This document shows, piece after piece, positions 14,290-26,602 of a DNA stretch of 64,000 nucleotides. The stretch's first letter is position 1. Each line of letters starts with the position of its first letter. Below the pieces are notes generated by a model, which saw nothing but the letters and a program-made list of their open reading frames with translations, was not told the DNA's origin and made no database searches. Location: the NCBI GenBank assembly GCA_026023565.1, contig JAPETS010000045.1:1-64000 (forward strand), read 5' to 3'. Both the position numbers and the translations under genes were made by a program. Source of the DNA: Cirrosporium novae-zelandiae. Its lineage: Eukaryota.

Positions 14290-16760
14290 AATAATAATGA
14301 TTATTTATTGTTTTATATTTATATATCGTTTAGAAACTATAACGGACTCTATTTAAGGGTTTTAGATTTTTTTATATCTTTTTTCGGGATTATTTTTAGT
14401 TAAAATAGTGGGGGTTAATCTTTTTAATTCGATTATATAGTTTCTTTTTTTTTTGGTTTTTTAGAATTATTTAATTTATTTAACCGGACAGTTTTTAGCG
14501 TTATTTCGGTGTTCGAGTTTTGTAAATAAATTTATTTATATCTATTTTGCGATTTTTAATTTTTTGCGTTTCACGTATATATTTATCCCGTTTTTCTATT
14601 ACGGACCCAATTTTTATCTAATATTTGATTCGTCTGGATTTTTCTTTTCCGTATCCGGGTTCTATTTATTTTTAGTTCAGATAGATTTCGCGGTTTACTT
14701 TTTCGCGTTTAGCCCAGAACTAGGGTTTCCCCATTTTCGTATTATTTAAAAAACGTATCTAATTTTTCGAAAATTTTCGGGTTTTTAATACGAAAACTAA
14801 TTTTTTTTTATCAGTTATATTAGATTACCGTTTTATTTATTTTTTTATTATTTTTTATAAACGGGTTTTGGGGGCCAGTGGCCCAGTATAGCCGAGAGGG
14901 AAAAGCTAGCATTCGTATTAGGGGACCGAAGGTTCTCTAAAAATTGGGTGCGCTTTTTAGGCGATACGGAGGTGGGGAAGCCCCAGTGCTGGGCCAGACA
15001 CGAAACGGAAAATCGTGAGGCGTACCTGGATTGGGGGTGGGTAGAACCCGGACACGGGGGGGAAAACGACCCAGAGGTAGGTATTGGGTAAGAGCTGGGC
15101 CCGTAGTAGAAACGCGGGGTGAGCGTATGCGTGAGCAAGGATTGAAAAAATCGAAAATAGGTGCGAGTGGGCCTATTTATAGGTTACGAACACCGAAATA
15201 GCGCTAAAAGATTATCCGGTTAGATAAATCAGATAATTCTAGAAAACCTAAAAAGGGGGGGAAACTATATAGCCGAACCAGGGGGATAACCCCCACCACC
15301 ATAGTTAAAAGTAAGCCCGAAAAAGGATACAAAAAGGCCTAAAAAAATCCCCGAGTAGAGTCCGTCATAGCTTCTAAGTGATATATAGACATAAAACAAT
15401 GAATAATCATTATCATCATATAAACGGGTCTTAATTGTTTTTTACCGCGGATATATTAATATTAAATAAAAAATATTTTAATATAAAATTTTATATTATT
15501 AATATTCTTAAATAATAATAATTTTCGTATAATATATATATTTTTTAATAACGGCGTATTTTATTTTTAATTAATAGAATTTATTTATTAATTTTTTAAA
15601 TATATATTTTAATATCCGATTTTTTTTATATTTTAGATATATTTAATAATTTTTATTAAATAATTTTTTTATTTTTTAATTATATAATTAATTATATATT
15701 TTTATAATTTATTTTTCGATTATATCACGGATTATATAAATTAACGAAATTTATTTAATTATTTAATTATTTTTTAATATTATATTTATTTTAATTATTT
15801 AATTTATTATTTCGTTTTTAAATATTTTATAATATTTTAAAATTTATTTAATTATAATTTTCGTTTTTTAATTAATTAAATATTTAATATATTTATATAT
15901 TATTTATATAATTATTATTTACGAATCGAATAATAATATTATTATTTTTTCGGGAATTAATTAAATATTTAAATTTATTTTAATTATTATTTTTAAAATT
16001 TTATGTTAAATATTTTTTTATTTTAATCGAAATAATATTTCCGTATTATTTACGGGGTTTTTTCGATTATTTTTTAAATTATTCCCGTTTTTATTTTACG
16101 GTCGTTTGATTTAAATTTATTTAATTAATATATTTTTTTTTAATTTTATATTAATATTTCGTTAAATATTTATTATTCCGGAAATATTATTATTTTTTTA
16201 AAAAATTTATTTTTTTCGATTATTAAAATTCTTTTGATTTTAAAATTTAAATTCATTTTTTTCGATTATTAAAATTTATAATTTTTTAAATTATTATTAT
16301 AATTAAATATTAATTTAATATATTTTTTTTAATTTTTTAAATTTATTAAAAATTTTTCAATGATTATTCTTTTAATTAAATATTTATGTTTTTTATTTTT
16401 AATATTATAAATAATATTAATTTCGTTAAAATCTCCGTTTTTGAAATATCGAATTTTAATTTTTTTTTTCTTAAACCGCCGTTTTCGTTATTTATCAAAT
16501 AGTTTTTCGGGCTTATTTATTATCTATATAAGTGGTCGAAAAATTCACGTCGTCCACGAATAATAAAGTTTTGACCCCGGGAACCGCTTGCTCTACGGCT
16601 GCGAATAACCCGCTGCAATATATCAAGAATAATATTAAGGATACAGGTGACCCTTACGGCACCCCCGTTTCTATACTGACTCAGGGTTGTATTTCCCCGT
16701 CGATCACCAATTCGACGCTTCGCTGAGCTATAAAACTGGCTACCCATCTAATAATATCCC
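14290..16760 (-). mobile_element. 5'-truncated LINE copy (RT to 3' tail), opposite orientation
   Basis: Minus translation at ~16545-16670 reads 'GVP*GSPVSLILFLIYCSGLFAAVEQAVPGVKTLLFVDDV' (LINE RT QGSP and FVDD motifs). The rest is the reverse complement of ~12200-13851. Confidence 0.85.
14870..15418 (+). mobile_element. Young LINE-3'-derived / SINE-like insertion
   Basis: TSD tataaacgggt(t/c)tt at 14856-14869 and 15419-15432; tail aatcattatcatca; much less RIP than its host. Confidence 0.85.
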
Positions 16761-16769
16761 CATCGTAAA

Positions 16770-17095
16770 AACAATAGAAAAATCAGGAACAAAACGAATT
16801 AGAAAATAAATTAAATTTCGATTAAAATTGAATTTATTTTAAATAATTAAATTATTATTTCTATTTATTTTATTTGTTTAGGGAGCGGACGCGGCGGAAA
16901 GACGGCGGAAGAAAGCGGGCGAAAATGTAATAGGCCCGTATTAAAGCAATATATTTCCAATATCAATCGAAATTAAAATTGATTAGAAAATGGGAAAATT
17001 ATTTAATTTCATAATATTTCAAATAGTCAGCTAGTTAGATCGTTGTACTATAGTCAAAGACTCAAGCACCTAATGGAAGAATCAATCAATCGATC
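16770..17095 (+). mobile_element. 3' end of a second non-LTR element family with (AATC)n tail
   Basis: Ends gactcaagcacctaatggaagaatcaatcaatc; homologous to ~20290-20522. Confidence 0.65.
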
Positions 17096-18564
17096 GATTT
17101 ATTTATATAATAAATCGAATTTTTTTCCGATTTTTCTAGTTTTTGGACTAATTTTATATAATCTTTCGTAGCTTTTATTTTGTTATTTCAATCAATAAAA
17201 AATCAATTATATTTAATTTTCCCTACGATAATGATTTTGATATTCTAATTTTTTCGATTTTATTATTTTAAATAATATTTCTAATTAAATTTAGTAGTAT
17301 TTCTAATTGAATTTCTGTTTCCGATTGTATTTTTTTAGGTTTTTGTCTTTTCGAATTTCTAATTTCTGGGTTCGATCGAGGGTTATCAAAGCTATCGAGC
17401 GCTATATCGGCCGCCGAAAAATCGTATTTTTCGAATTATAATCGAATTATTTTACAATTTTATTTAAATAAATATTTGTTTCCAGCCGAATTAGATAATT
17501 ATTTTATAATATCAGGATTAGGATTATATAGTTTTTGCAGATTTTATTAAATCGAATTTTTGGAGATAATAAGGCGTATTCAATTTTTAACGCTTAAATA
17601 AAGCTGGTCCTGAAAACCTTTAATATTAATTTTAAAATCGAATTTTATAATTTTTGGAATAAATATAATAAATTCCTTTAATTTTGTTATTAAATTAAGA
17701 TTTTATAATCTGGAATTGAATTTATATATATAATATATAATTATTTTAATATATTAAATAATAGGCCTCAACTAAAGGGTAAAAGTCTTTTGGTGACCCC
17801 AGGCTATTAAATCAATTTACTATTGTAACGATCGTTATATTAAATATTTAACGTTTATTTAAAATTTATAGAGCCTAACAGCAGCGGGAAAAAATCGGGG
17901 ATTATAAAAATACGTATCGTTAACAAGAATTAAACGGATACGAAAAAACGACAACGTTTAAAAAACGAATCGAACGAATCGAAATAAAATTTTATAATAA
18001 AATTTAATGATTTAATATTATAATTTTTATTTTAAAAAAAAATAATTAAATAAAAAAACGCCGTCGAAAAATTTTACGAAAAAATAAAAATCCCAAAAAA
18101 AATAAATTAATATCTAGAATATTTTAATTTAATAAATAATTAAATATATAATAATATATATATTTCCCGTAATCGAAAAAAAAATATATTAAATTCTAAA
18201 AACCGACGATTTTATAATATAATTACGGAAAATATTTTTCGTTTTAAAAATCCGAATAATCGTTTTGGAAAAACGAAATAACAAAATTATAGAAATTTAG
18301 AAAAAAAATTAAAAAAAATTATATATTATTAAATCCGAATGAATAATAAAAAAAAACGTAATATTTGTTTTAATAATATTCCGAACGGGAATAATAGCCG
18401 GATCGTAAATACCGAATACGCGAACAACGATATAAATAAAAAAATTTAAAAAAACCTTTAACGGACGATAAATATAACCGAATAAAAAATCCTACCGCTA
18501 ACACCGAAAATTCCGAAATAAATTTGTATAAAACCGACGCCGAAAATTACGGGGATTATTTATA

Positions 18565-19107
18565 TGATGATGATGATTATTCATTGTTTTATGTCCATAT
18601 ATCATTTAGAAGCTATAACGGACTCTACTCGGGGGTTTTTAGGCCTTTTCGTATCCCCTTTCGGGCTTACTTTTAGCTAAGGTGGTGGGGGTCACCCCCT
18701 TAGTTCGGCTATATAGCTTCCCCCCCTTTTTGGGTTTCCTAGAATCACCTGATTTATCTAACCGGATAGTCTTTTAGCGCTATTTCGGTGTTCGTAGCCT
18801 ATAAATAGGCCTATTCGCACCTATTTTCGATTTTTTCAGTCCTTGCTCACGCATGCGCTCACCCCGCGTACCTACTACGGGCCCAGCTTTTACCCAACAC
18901 CTACGTCTGGGTCCTCTTCCCCCCCGTGTCCGGGTTCTACCCACCCCAAATCCGAATATGCCTCACGATTTTTATTTTCGTGTCTGGCCCAGGACTGGGG
19001 CTTCCCCACCTCCGTATTGCCCAAAAAGCGCACCCAATCTTTAGAGAACCTTCGGTCCCCTAATACGAATGCTAGTTTTTCCCTCTCGGCTATACTGGGC
19101 CATTGAC
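18565..19107 (-). mobile_element. Young LINE-3'-derived / SINE-like insertion (second copy)
   Basis: 15-bp TSD cggggattatttata at 18550-18564 and 19108-19122; (TGA)n tail; the empty site is visible in the other LINE copy at ~8660. Confidence 0.9.
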
Positions 19108-19884
19108 CGGGGATTATTTATATAAAAATAACCAATAAAATAATAAATAAATCTAACGGAAAATAATAAATAATTAAATCCCAAAAATAAAAACGTATTC
19201 GTTTTATAAATAGGATTATAAAATTTAAAAATTAAAAAATATTAATTTTTAATAAAAAAAATAATTTAAAAATTACGTTCGATAAAAAAAATTAATATAA
19301 ATATATTATTATTTAAATATAAATAAAAAATTTTAAAAATTATAATGAAAATAAATAACATAATAATGAATATATATTTATTAAAAACCTTATATTAAAC
19401 AAAAATATAAAAAATATTTTTAAAAATATTTTTAAAAATATTTAAAAATTCAGATAAATTAAATCTAATAAAAAAAATTCTATTTGTTATTCCGAAACAC
19501 GGTAATTATATAGATAATACCGGAAAAATATCGCTAAAAACGGGTACGGATCGGGCTCGTATTAAAAAATATATTATTTTAATTAAAATAAAGCTCCCGT
19601 TTATAATATATAAAAAATAAAGAATCGAAAATTATTATTTAATAGAACGTAAATTTCGATATATCCGATAATTTACGCTAAAAATAAATAAAACGTATTT
19701 GAAATACGCCTAATTAAAATATAAATTATTCCTAAAATATAAAAATAAATTCTTTAAATATACGATATACGCGGAAATATACGAAACGTAAAATTACCGG
19801 TATCGGATAATAAAATATAAACCTGCGAATACGGGGATTTATATATATATCCCGTTAAAATATATAAATTATTTAGGCCTTTAT

Positions 19885-20137
19885 TGTAACGGTATGCCAA
19901 GCATGTGCGCTTCGTAGGCGCATAAGCGAGGTTTGGCGCGTGACCAGATTTTTATGTAGGAGAACGCTGCTTGATTCATTAAAGCAGCGTTCGATTTTTG
20001 TATTTACAGAAGGAGCATTTCGAAAGCTATCATTATTATTTGCGTCTTGTATACGAATAGCATGTTATACCTATTAGTTATATATTCCTTTGCCTCACTA
20101 GTCTACCACACTGCCTGTACTAAGCGCTGCCTTCACA
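19885..20137. mobile_element. Solo LTR, lightly RIPed
   Basis: Termini TGTAAC...TTCACA, 253 bp, GC-richer than its flanks; flanking 5-mers differ (tttat / taaaa). Confidence 0.75.
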
Positions 20138-20289
20138 TAAAACCCCTAAATAAAGTCTGTTATAGCTTCTAAGCGATATATAGATATAAAATAATGAATA
20201 ATCATTACTAATTTATTGAAATTTATAATTTTTTTTTCGAATTAAAAAATTATAATTTTATTATTTATTATTTATTTTAAAGTTTTTAA

Positions 20290-20522
20290 ATTGTATTTTT
20301 CCTAAAGTGCGTCGGAAAAAGCGGGGCTTTGTCGGACGACGGCGGACGTAAATGTGATTGGTCCACGTAAAGTGGTCTATCTCTAGTATCAATCGAAATC
20401 AAAATCGTCCAAGAAATAGGAAAGCTATACGATTTTTATATAAAAAAACTTAAATAGTCAATTACCTAGACCGTTATGCCATAGTCTTCGACTCAAGCAC
20501 CTAATAGAAAAATCAATCAATC
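20290..20522 (+). mobile_element. 3' end of the second non-LTR family; forms the border of the TE block
   Basis: Ends gactcaagcacctaatagaaaaatcaatcaatca; homologous to 16880-17095. Confidence 0.65.
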
Positions 20523-20611
20523 ATATCCTTTTAATTGAGCGCGTAAAGTAAGAGTATTAGCTTACCGTCCCTCAACACAAAAGAACATATGGGATTGTGA
20601 AAAGAGAAATC

Positions 20612-23027
20612 TCAGTTGCCCTTCTTTTCACCTTCTCCCGACATTTCCTCCTCTTGCACTATCTCAGTTTCCCTTATTGCAGCCATACCTGGTTTTCTTT
20701 TGCCAGTCACATCTAGCCAGACTGCCATACAGGTCTTTGCGATTGTCTTCCTCCCTTCAAAAACAGGATATATGCCCACACACGCTGCACTGCAAAACAA
20801 CCAAATAATTCCCACAACAACCCATCCTGTAAAAAAAGGTTTACTAAATACATAGCCGGATCCGTACATAGGCATCGGCCACAAAATGATAAACGCAAGC
20901 GTCATAGTAACTGTCATTGTGCGAGCTATGAAGGCAGCGCGCTTGAGGTGATGAACTTCCTCTGCGCGGTCAGCGTCTGAGGTGTTCGTCCGAGCTTCAC
21001 CTGGTATAAGTTCCAAGTCCACATGAGCTGCCGTAGCCAAATCGCTATCATCACCTTTGCGGATTGCGAGCATAGAGGCCCAATCATATCTCTGGGGACC
21101 AAAAGTATACGTCAAAACGGGAATGAAGATTATGGGAGAGAGAAGCGCGACGACATTTCCAGCAAGCATGGGATTATTAGAACCAGTGGCTTCAACTGAG
21201 AGGGAGCCATATTCATTTTTGGCCGTCACTAACCAAGCGATCAGGGAGCAGGCAAGCCCAAGAGCCGGAGATGCAGCGGCCGCGACCCAGTTTTGATGGG
21301 ACCAGAGGAGAGTCAAAGAGGCGGGAAGAACAGCAGACGAGATAATGACCCCCATCATCAGATACAGATATCTGTCTTTATTAGAAATAGAATGGGTTCG
21401 ATATTGACGTTGTGCTTACCCCATTCCAATGCCGGCATAGTAGAGGCCCGATGCGAACCCTGCCATGATCAGAGCATAGACTACGCAGCTAAGATGTGAC
21501 ATATAGATCAACCTGCGACCACTAGCCATTGGGTCGATATAAGTCTGGTAAATATCATAAGTCCAAATGGAAGAAACGGCGATCAATTCAGCCGAACTAG
21601 CTGATGTGACGGCCATGAATACAAGAAGTAAAGTCATCGCAGCTCCACCCTTTCCAAGCAATGCGACTGCAGCATCTGGAAGAACGAGGCCAGCCGTTAT
21701 ATCAGCGGTGGTCATTCTATTGGGATAGGTTGGGAATGCGGGAGTTCCTTCAAGGGCTATGGCAGCTAGGCCCATTCTAAGGACAGTCAATTTAATTTTG
21801 AGATATTTAACCTTTAACAACAATTACTCACGTTGTTGCGCAGAGCCACGGAATAGCAAACCAGGAAAGGCCTCCCATGACATATCCAGGGAGTGCATGA
21901 ACAGGACTTGCAGCAATAGCTATTGTATGAAGGTTAGCAAATGATTGATATCAAAAACAAAGTTCTCTGTGTTTCGAGGACCATTGGTCTATTGAGCAAA
22001 ATGTCTTTTTTACCTTTATTATAATATCCATTATCGAGGAATACAGTACCAAAATTACCAACAAGGTTAATTACGAAGAAAACAGCCCCTTCTTTTGATC
22101 GCATGGTAAGATAACTACCATCAGCATTGCCTGAAACTGGATGCACCTTGGCTGCCTCAACCAGACGATCATATACTTTCCCAGGAGACCCCAGGTCAGC
22201 ATTAGTGGCATATGTTGTGAAGGCAAAAATCAATATCATTATCAAAATCACAAGCGTATGAATATAGTCTGTCAAGAATGTCGCTTTTATACCCCCAAAA
22301 ATAGTGTACGCAACAACACCAACTGTAGTATATCATATCAATATGCGATATTAACTTCTGAGAATAATTTCTATCCAAAGGTCATATTTGACATACCTGG
22401 AAGCAGAAAGCAAGCCGCGACAGTATGGACTCCGGTCAAGGTTGTCACTACAGCAGAACCCCCAGTCAACAACATGGCTGTCACAAGGATATTAGTCATC
22501 AAGCCAAAGACGATAAATACAGCATGTGTGATAGCTCCATATCGGGCCCGAATGACTTCTAAGAACGTGTGAGCATTGGGTGCTCTCCTTTTGAGTTCAA
22601 TGGCTAAGGTCGCAAAGAGTAGGATCTGGACTGTCGCTCCGCTAGCATACCAGAAGGGGCCAGATACTCCATATTTGTAGGCAACTGAAAGGAAATTAAC
22701 CCCTATTTTGCTAATCTAGAGCAGAGATTGAATTTACCTGCGGAGCTCTGGAGAAGGGTTGCTGCCCAGGTCCAGCTACTTACTACTGCAGATGCCACCA
22801 AACCAGACTTGACAGTCCTTCCGGCGGTACTGAACATTTCCGATGTTTGCAGCTCATAATTGTATCTAATCAAAAACTTTAGTTATTGAGTTTTCAGATG
22901 GAACGGCATACCTTTTGAGCACGTATGTTGTAATAATCATTCCAAAAGCGAAAGCAAAACCTAGGCCGAGAATTATGCCATAGCCAAAGCCTTGGGAGAG
23001 GGGCGGCGTGCTATCTTGATTCGCCAT
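20612..23027 (-). CDS. DUR3: Urea active transporter (sodium:solute symporter family), 6 introns
   Basis: Starts [17 protein letters not shown]. Contains [51 protein letters not shown] and [17 protein letters not shown] introns join the ORF pieces. Confidence 0.95.
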
Positions 23028-23614
23028 GATGAAATTGATATTTCAACCTCAGTCCTACACAGATTTACGGTTCACCAGTGACTGAGGAGCAGACCTTTGG
23101 GTTTGGGGAGTAGAGATATGGGGGCTATGAGACCTAAAGGAATAGGTTCTACATGGTTTTATATGACCAGGGAAAGACCTTCAAAAGCTAGTGTCCCCAC
23201 CAGCCAGGGTTGTCCTAGAATTTGCTCTTTGATTTGGATGACAAACATGTTGTTGAGATGCCATAGGACTAAAGTAAAGATTGGTGATATGCAGAGAGAT
23301 AAGGATGTCAAAGCATGAAGTAACTAATAATTGATTGTCAAAAAGTGATAAATCTATTGGCCATGACATTTGGGTCCTTTACGTGTTCAGGTAAAGATCC
23401 TAGATCCCCACAATGTGATACCACTAGATACCACGCTTCACATTCAGTTTGCGATAAGAAATAAAGATGTATTCACGTGACACTCCAATGGGGTTTCTAA
23501 CTAGTTAGGGTTTAGAGCGCTTAGAGGGTTTAGATAGGGTTTAACAGTACGTCTGCTTAGTATTTATACATATAGTAACGACTTCTCTTCTCTCCTACTT
23601 CTATTAATTCAGCC

Positions 23615-25153
23615 ATGGCTACAAGTTACAAGACGCTCAAGGAAGACTTTGTCTCTAATCTGGCTGGTGGGGATATTTCTGAGATCAATTGGGTTACCGC
23701 TGTGGCTCCCGTAAGTCTCAATGTACCGTCTAAAGGAAGGATTCGAAACTAATCATTTCTATTATAGGCTGCTGTTCTGCTTTGGTCTGCGCTTCAGTCT
23801 CGCCAGACATTCTTCACACCTTATCACCTGCCGGCAATTGTTACAGACTTTCTCCTTAATATTTGCGCCATCCTTTGCGCGACTACAATATATTCCTCTC
23901 AGCTAATACTACTAAACCTGCTCATCTCCGCCCCTGCCTTACTGCTCTACACTATTCCTCCCTCCCGACCAAAATCTGAAAAGGCAAAACCTCCCTCCAA
24001 CAAAAGGCTCAATGCATCTACGAAATTAGAGGGCATCGACTCATTTCCCGTACGGCCTTTCATAACTACCTATCGTGGAGCTATGATGATTGTAACATGC
24101 ACTTCAATTCTTGCCGTTGACTTTCACGTCTTTCCGCGTCGTTTTGCCAAAGTAGAGACGTGGGGGACTTCTCTAATGGATTTAGGAGTTGGCTCATTTG
24201 TCTTCTCTAGCGGGGTGGTCTCTGCTAAAGCTGCCGTAAAGGATCAAATGTCACCAAAGCCTCCAACACTATTTCAAAGGCTCGCAGCTGCAATTCGACA
24301 TTCTATTCCTCTTTTAATACTTGGAGTGGCAAGATTGTACAGTGTGAAGAACTTGGAATACGCAGAGCATGTTACCGAATACGGAGTGCATTGGAACTTT
24401 TTCTTCACCCTTGGCTTTCTTCCGCCATTCGTAGCATTGTTCCAGAGTGTTTTTTCAGTTATACCATCATATGCGGTTCTTTCATTCCTGATTGCCTTGA
24501 TCTACCAGGTCACGCTAGAATCCACTCCGTTACAAGCGTATGTCCTGACAGCACCACGCACCAATCTCATCTCTCAGAATCGTGAAGGCATGGCTTCCTT
24601 TATCGGGTATCTCGCCATATTCCTAGCAGGACGAGGTACTGGATCCTTTCTGATGCCTCGCTTCCCTCTACCTTCTAACCAGCTCCCCCCCACGCGCATG
24701 CGCCATCTCCTGCTTCAAAAGCTTGCTATATATACAGCAGCATACATCCTACTCTTCCTCATCGTAACGTCTTTCAAATTTGGCTCAACTCCTATCTCGC
24801 GTCGGCTCGCCAATCTTCCCTATATTCTCTGGGTTTCTGCTTTTAATAATGGGCAAATTCTTGTTCTTGCTCTTATTGAAACCATGTACTTCCCATCCGT
24901 GTATCAGGCGGCTGATCTTGCGACAGAGAAGAGGGAAAGCGAACGAGCAACGAGCAGAATCTTGAAAGCTTATAATAGAAATGGACTCGTTATTTTCCTT
25001 GCGGCAAATCTTGGGACGGGTCTAATCAATTTAAGTGTGAATACACTGAACGTAGGGATCAAGGGAGCGATGGGGGTGTTGATGGGATATGTCTTTGCTC
25101 TAACTGGATTAGCTCTGGGATTAGATGCCTATGATATATCCATTAAATTATAA
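23615..25153 (+). CDS. GWT1: GPI inositol acyltransferase; intron 23711-23767
   Basis: Starts [16 protein letters not shown]. Contains [50 protein letters not shown] and SRRLANLPY. Confidence 0.96.
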
Positions 25154-25433
25154 GAAATACTCAAAGCTTTACAGTCATATGACAGTGGAATGGTCAATTG
25201 TCATGTCAGATGCAAGATCCTGTTTGGCAGTGCTTCCTACAAGTAGCCGACGTTGTATAACAGGATGACGTCATTAGCTGAATTACCTGCAATGCGACTA
25301 CACGCCCTTACGCTAACATGCCTTACGCCAAATACAAAACTGAAGGCCGTGACAGTCCTTCAAGTTTAAATCCCATCATCTAGCCCAGTTCTTCGAGGGA
25401 AATCAAACATTTGCTACAGAAGGCTCGCCCGTC

Positions 25434-26039
25434 ATGTCTGTCCCTCAGTCTCAAGTGTCCACCGCCACCATGACCGGTTCGCCGAAGAAATCTGTCTTGA
25501 CCGACAAAGCACCTCTGCCATTGCCTCAATTCTGTTAGTTTGACCCTTTTTTTCTTCTAATATACGATTCTTAGCCGCCGAGATTGATAATAACACTTGA
25601 GCTAGCCCAAGCAATCGTATATAATGGTATGATTTACTGCAGTGGCAATGTCGGAATTGACCCCAAGACCAGCAAACTCGTTGAGGGCTCTGTTACAGAC
25701 AGAGCGGTAAGTCAGCAGAGTCAAACGGTCACACATGTCATATTCATCTTCCCGTCTAGGCTCAAGCGCTCAGCAACCTAGCTTCCATTCTTGAGGCGGC
25801 TGGAAGTAGTCTCGAGAATGTTGTTAAAGTTAACATATTCTTAACCGACATGGCCAACTTTGCCGCCCTAAATAAAGCCTATGACGCTGTATTTCAGGAA
25901 CCTAAGCCTGTGAGACTGGTCATATCTAACCAACTTGTTCAATTTTCTTATTGATATATAATAGTGCCGGACTTGTGTAGCTGTCAAGGAGTTGCCTTAT
26001 AAGACCGATGTGGAGATTGAACTTACAGCACATTTGTAA
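25434..26039 (+). CDS. RidA/YjgF/YER057c family enamine/imine deaminase; introns ~25534-25605, 25707-25759, 25910-25964
   Basis: Spliced product: KAPLPLPQFSQAIVYNGMIYCSGNVG...LEAAGSSLENVVKVNIFLTDMANFAALNKAY...PKPCRTCVAVKELPYKTDVEIELTAHL. A second in-frame ATG lies at 25470. Confidence 0.92.
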
Positions 26040-26602
26040 GGTTTTGAATTTCGCCTCTGGTTGCTCTTCCTACTGTCCCAAATTTTGTTCCTTGCCGGAC
26101 CGGGCTAGAATGAATTTGCTGATCGTCTCAGGAATGCTATCGATTTACCGAGGCTTTAGAATCTCCTTAATAAGTAAAATTTTTATTTCGAACCCGGCCA
26201 TCTTGAGACTGGGCGAGATTCCTCCTGAGTAAGTGTGCATAGTCCTGATATTCCAATAATGAACCAACTCAATTGTAAAACTCAACAACGCTATTCATCG
26301 AGGTACTACTTGCTGGAACTTCGTTTCCGTTTGCGGGTTTCCTAGGGAAATTCCAGAAATCTGCCTTTGTCCCTAGCTACTCTACTGCATGCAAACACGG
26401 TCTCAAGATATATAGGGTAAAGAAAACGTTTTGATTCAACACTGTTATTTTGATAAAAAGTATTGTTTTCCATGTTTATGTCCATTTCGACTGACACTTC
26501 AAGCTTGATCCCTTCCTTCGAACCAGAAGGAAACAGACCTTCCCCTTACGTCCTTGGTTTCTTGATAAGCCCCATTAATCTTATTCCTCACAGGATATCG
26601 AA

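Larger units (their letters stand above)
17788..20208 (+). mobile_element. Internally deleted LINE copy (ORF1 + solo LTR + last ~70 bp of the 3' end)
   Basis: 17788-19884 is colinear with 7770-10370; 20138-20208 matches the LINE 3' terminus (13775-13851). Confidence 0.8.

Noticed and set aside
14870..14950. HDV-like ribozyme at the 5' end of the SINE-like unit
   Set aside because: P2- and P4-like helices can be drawn, but I found no P3/L3 or correctly placed P1 partner.
14848..19106. Similar ORFs 14848-15138 (-) and 18843-19106 (+), 'MLTH..TPR.YYGPS..'
   Set aside because: They are antisense to the repeated LINE 3' unit and start at TTG; the similarity is explained by recent DNA-level duplication.
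21360..23200. TPP riboswitch in the urea-transporter gene
   Set aside because: All introns are short and no TPP aptamer core was seen.
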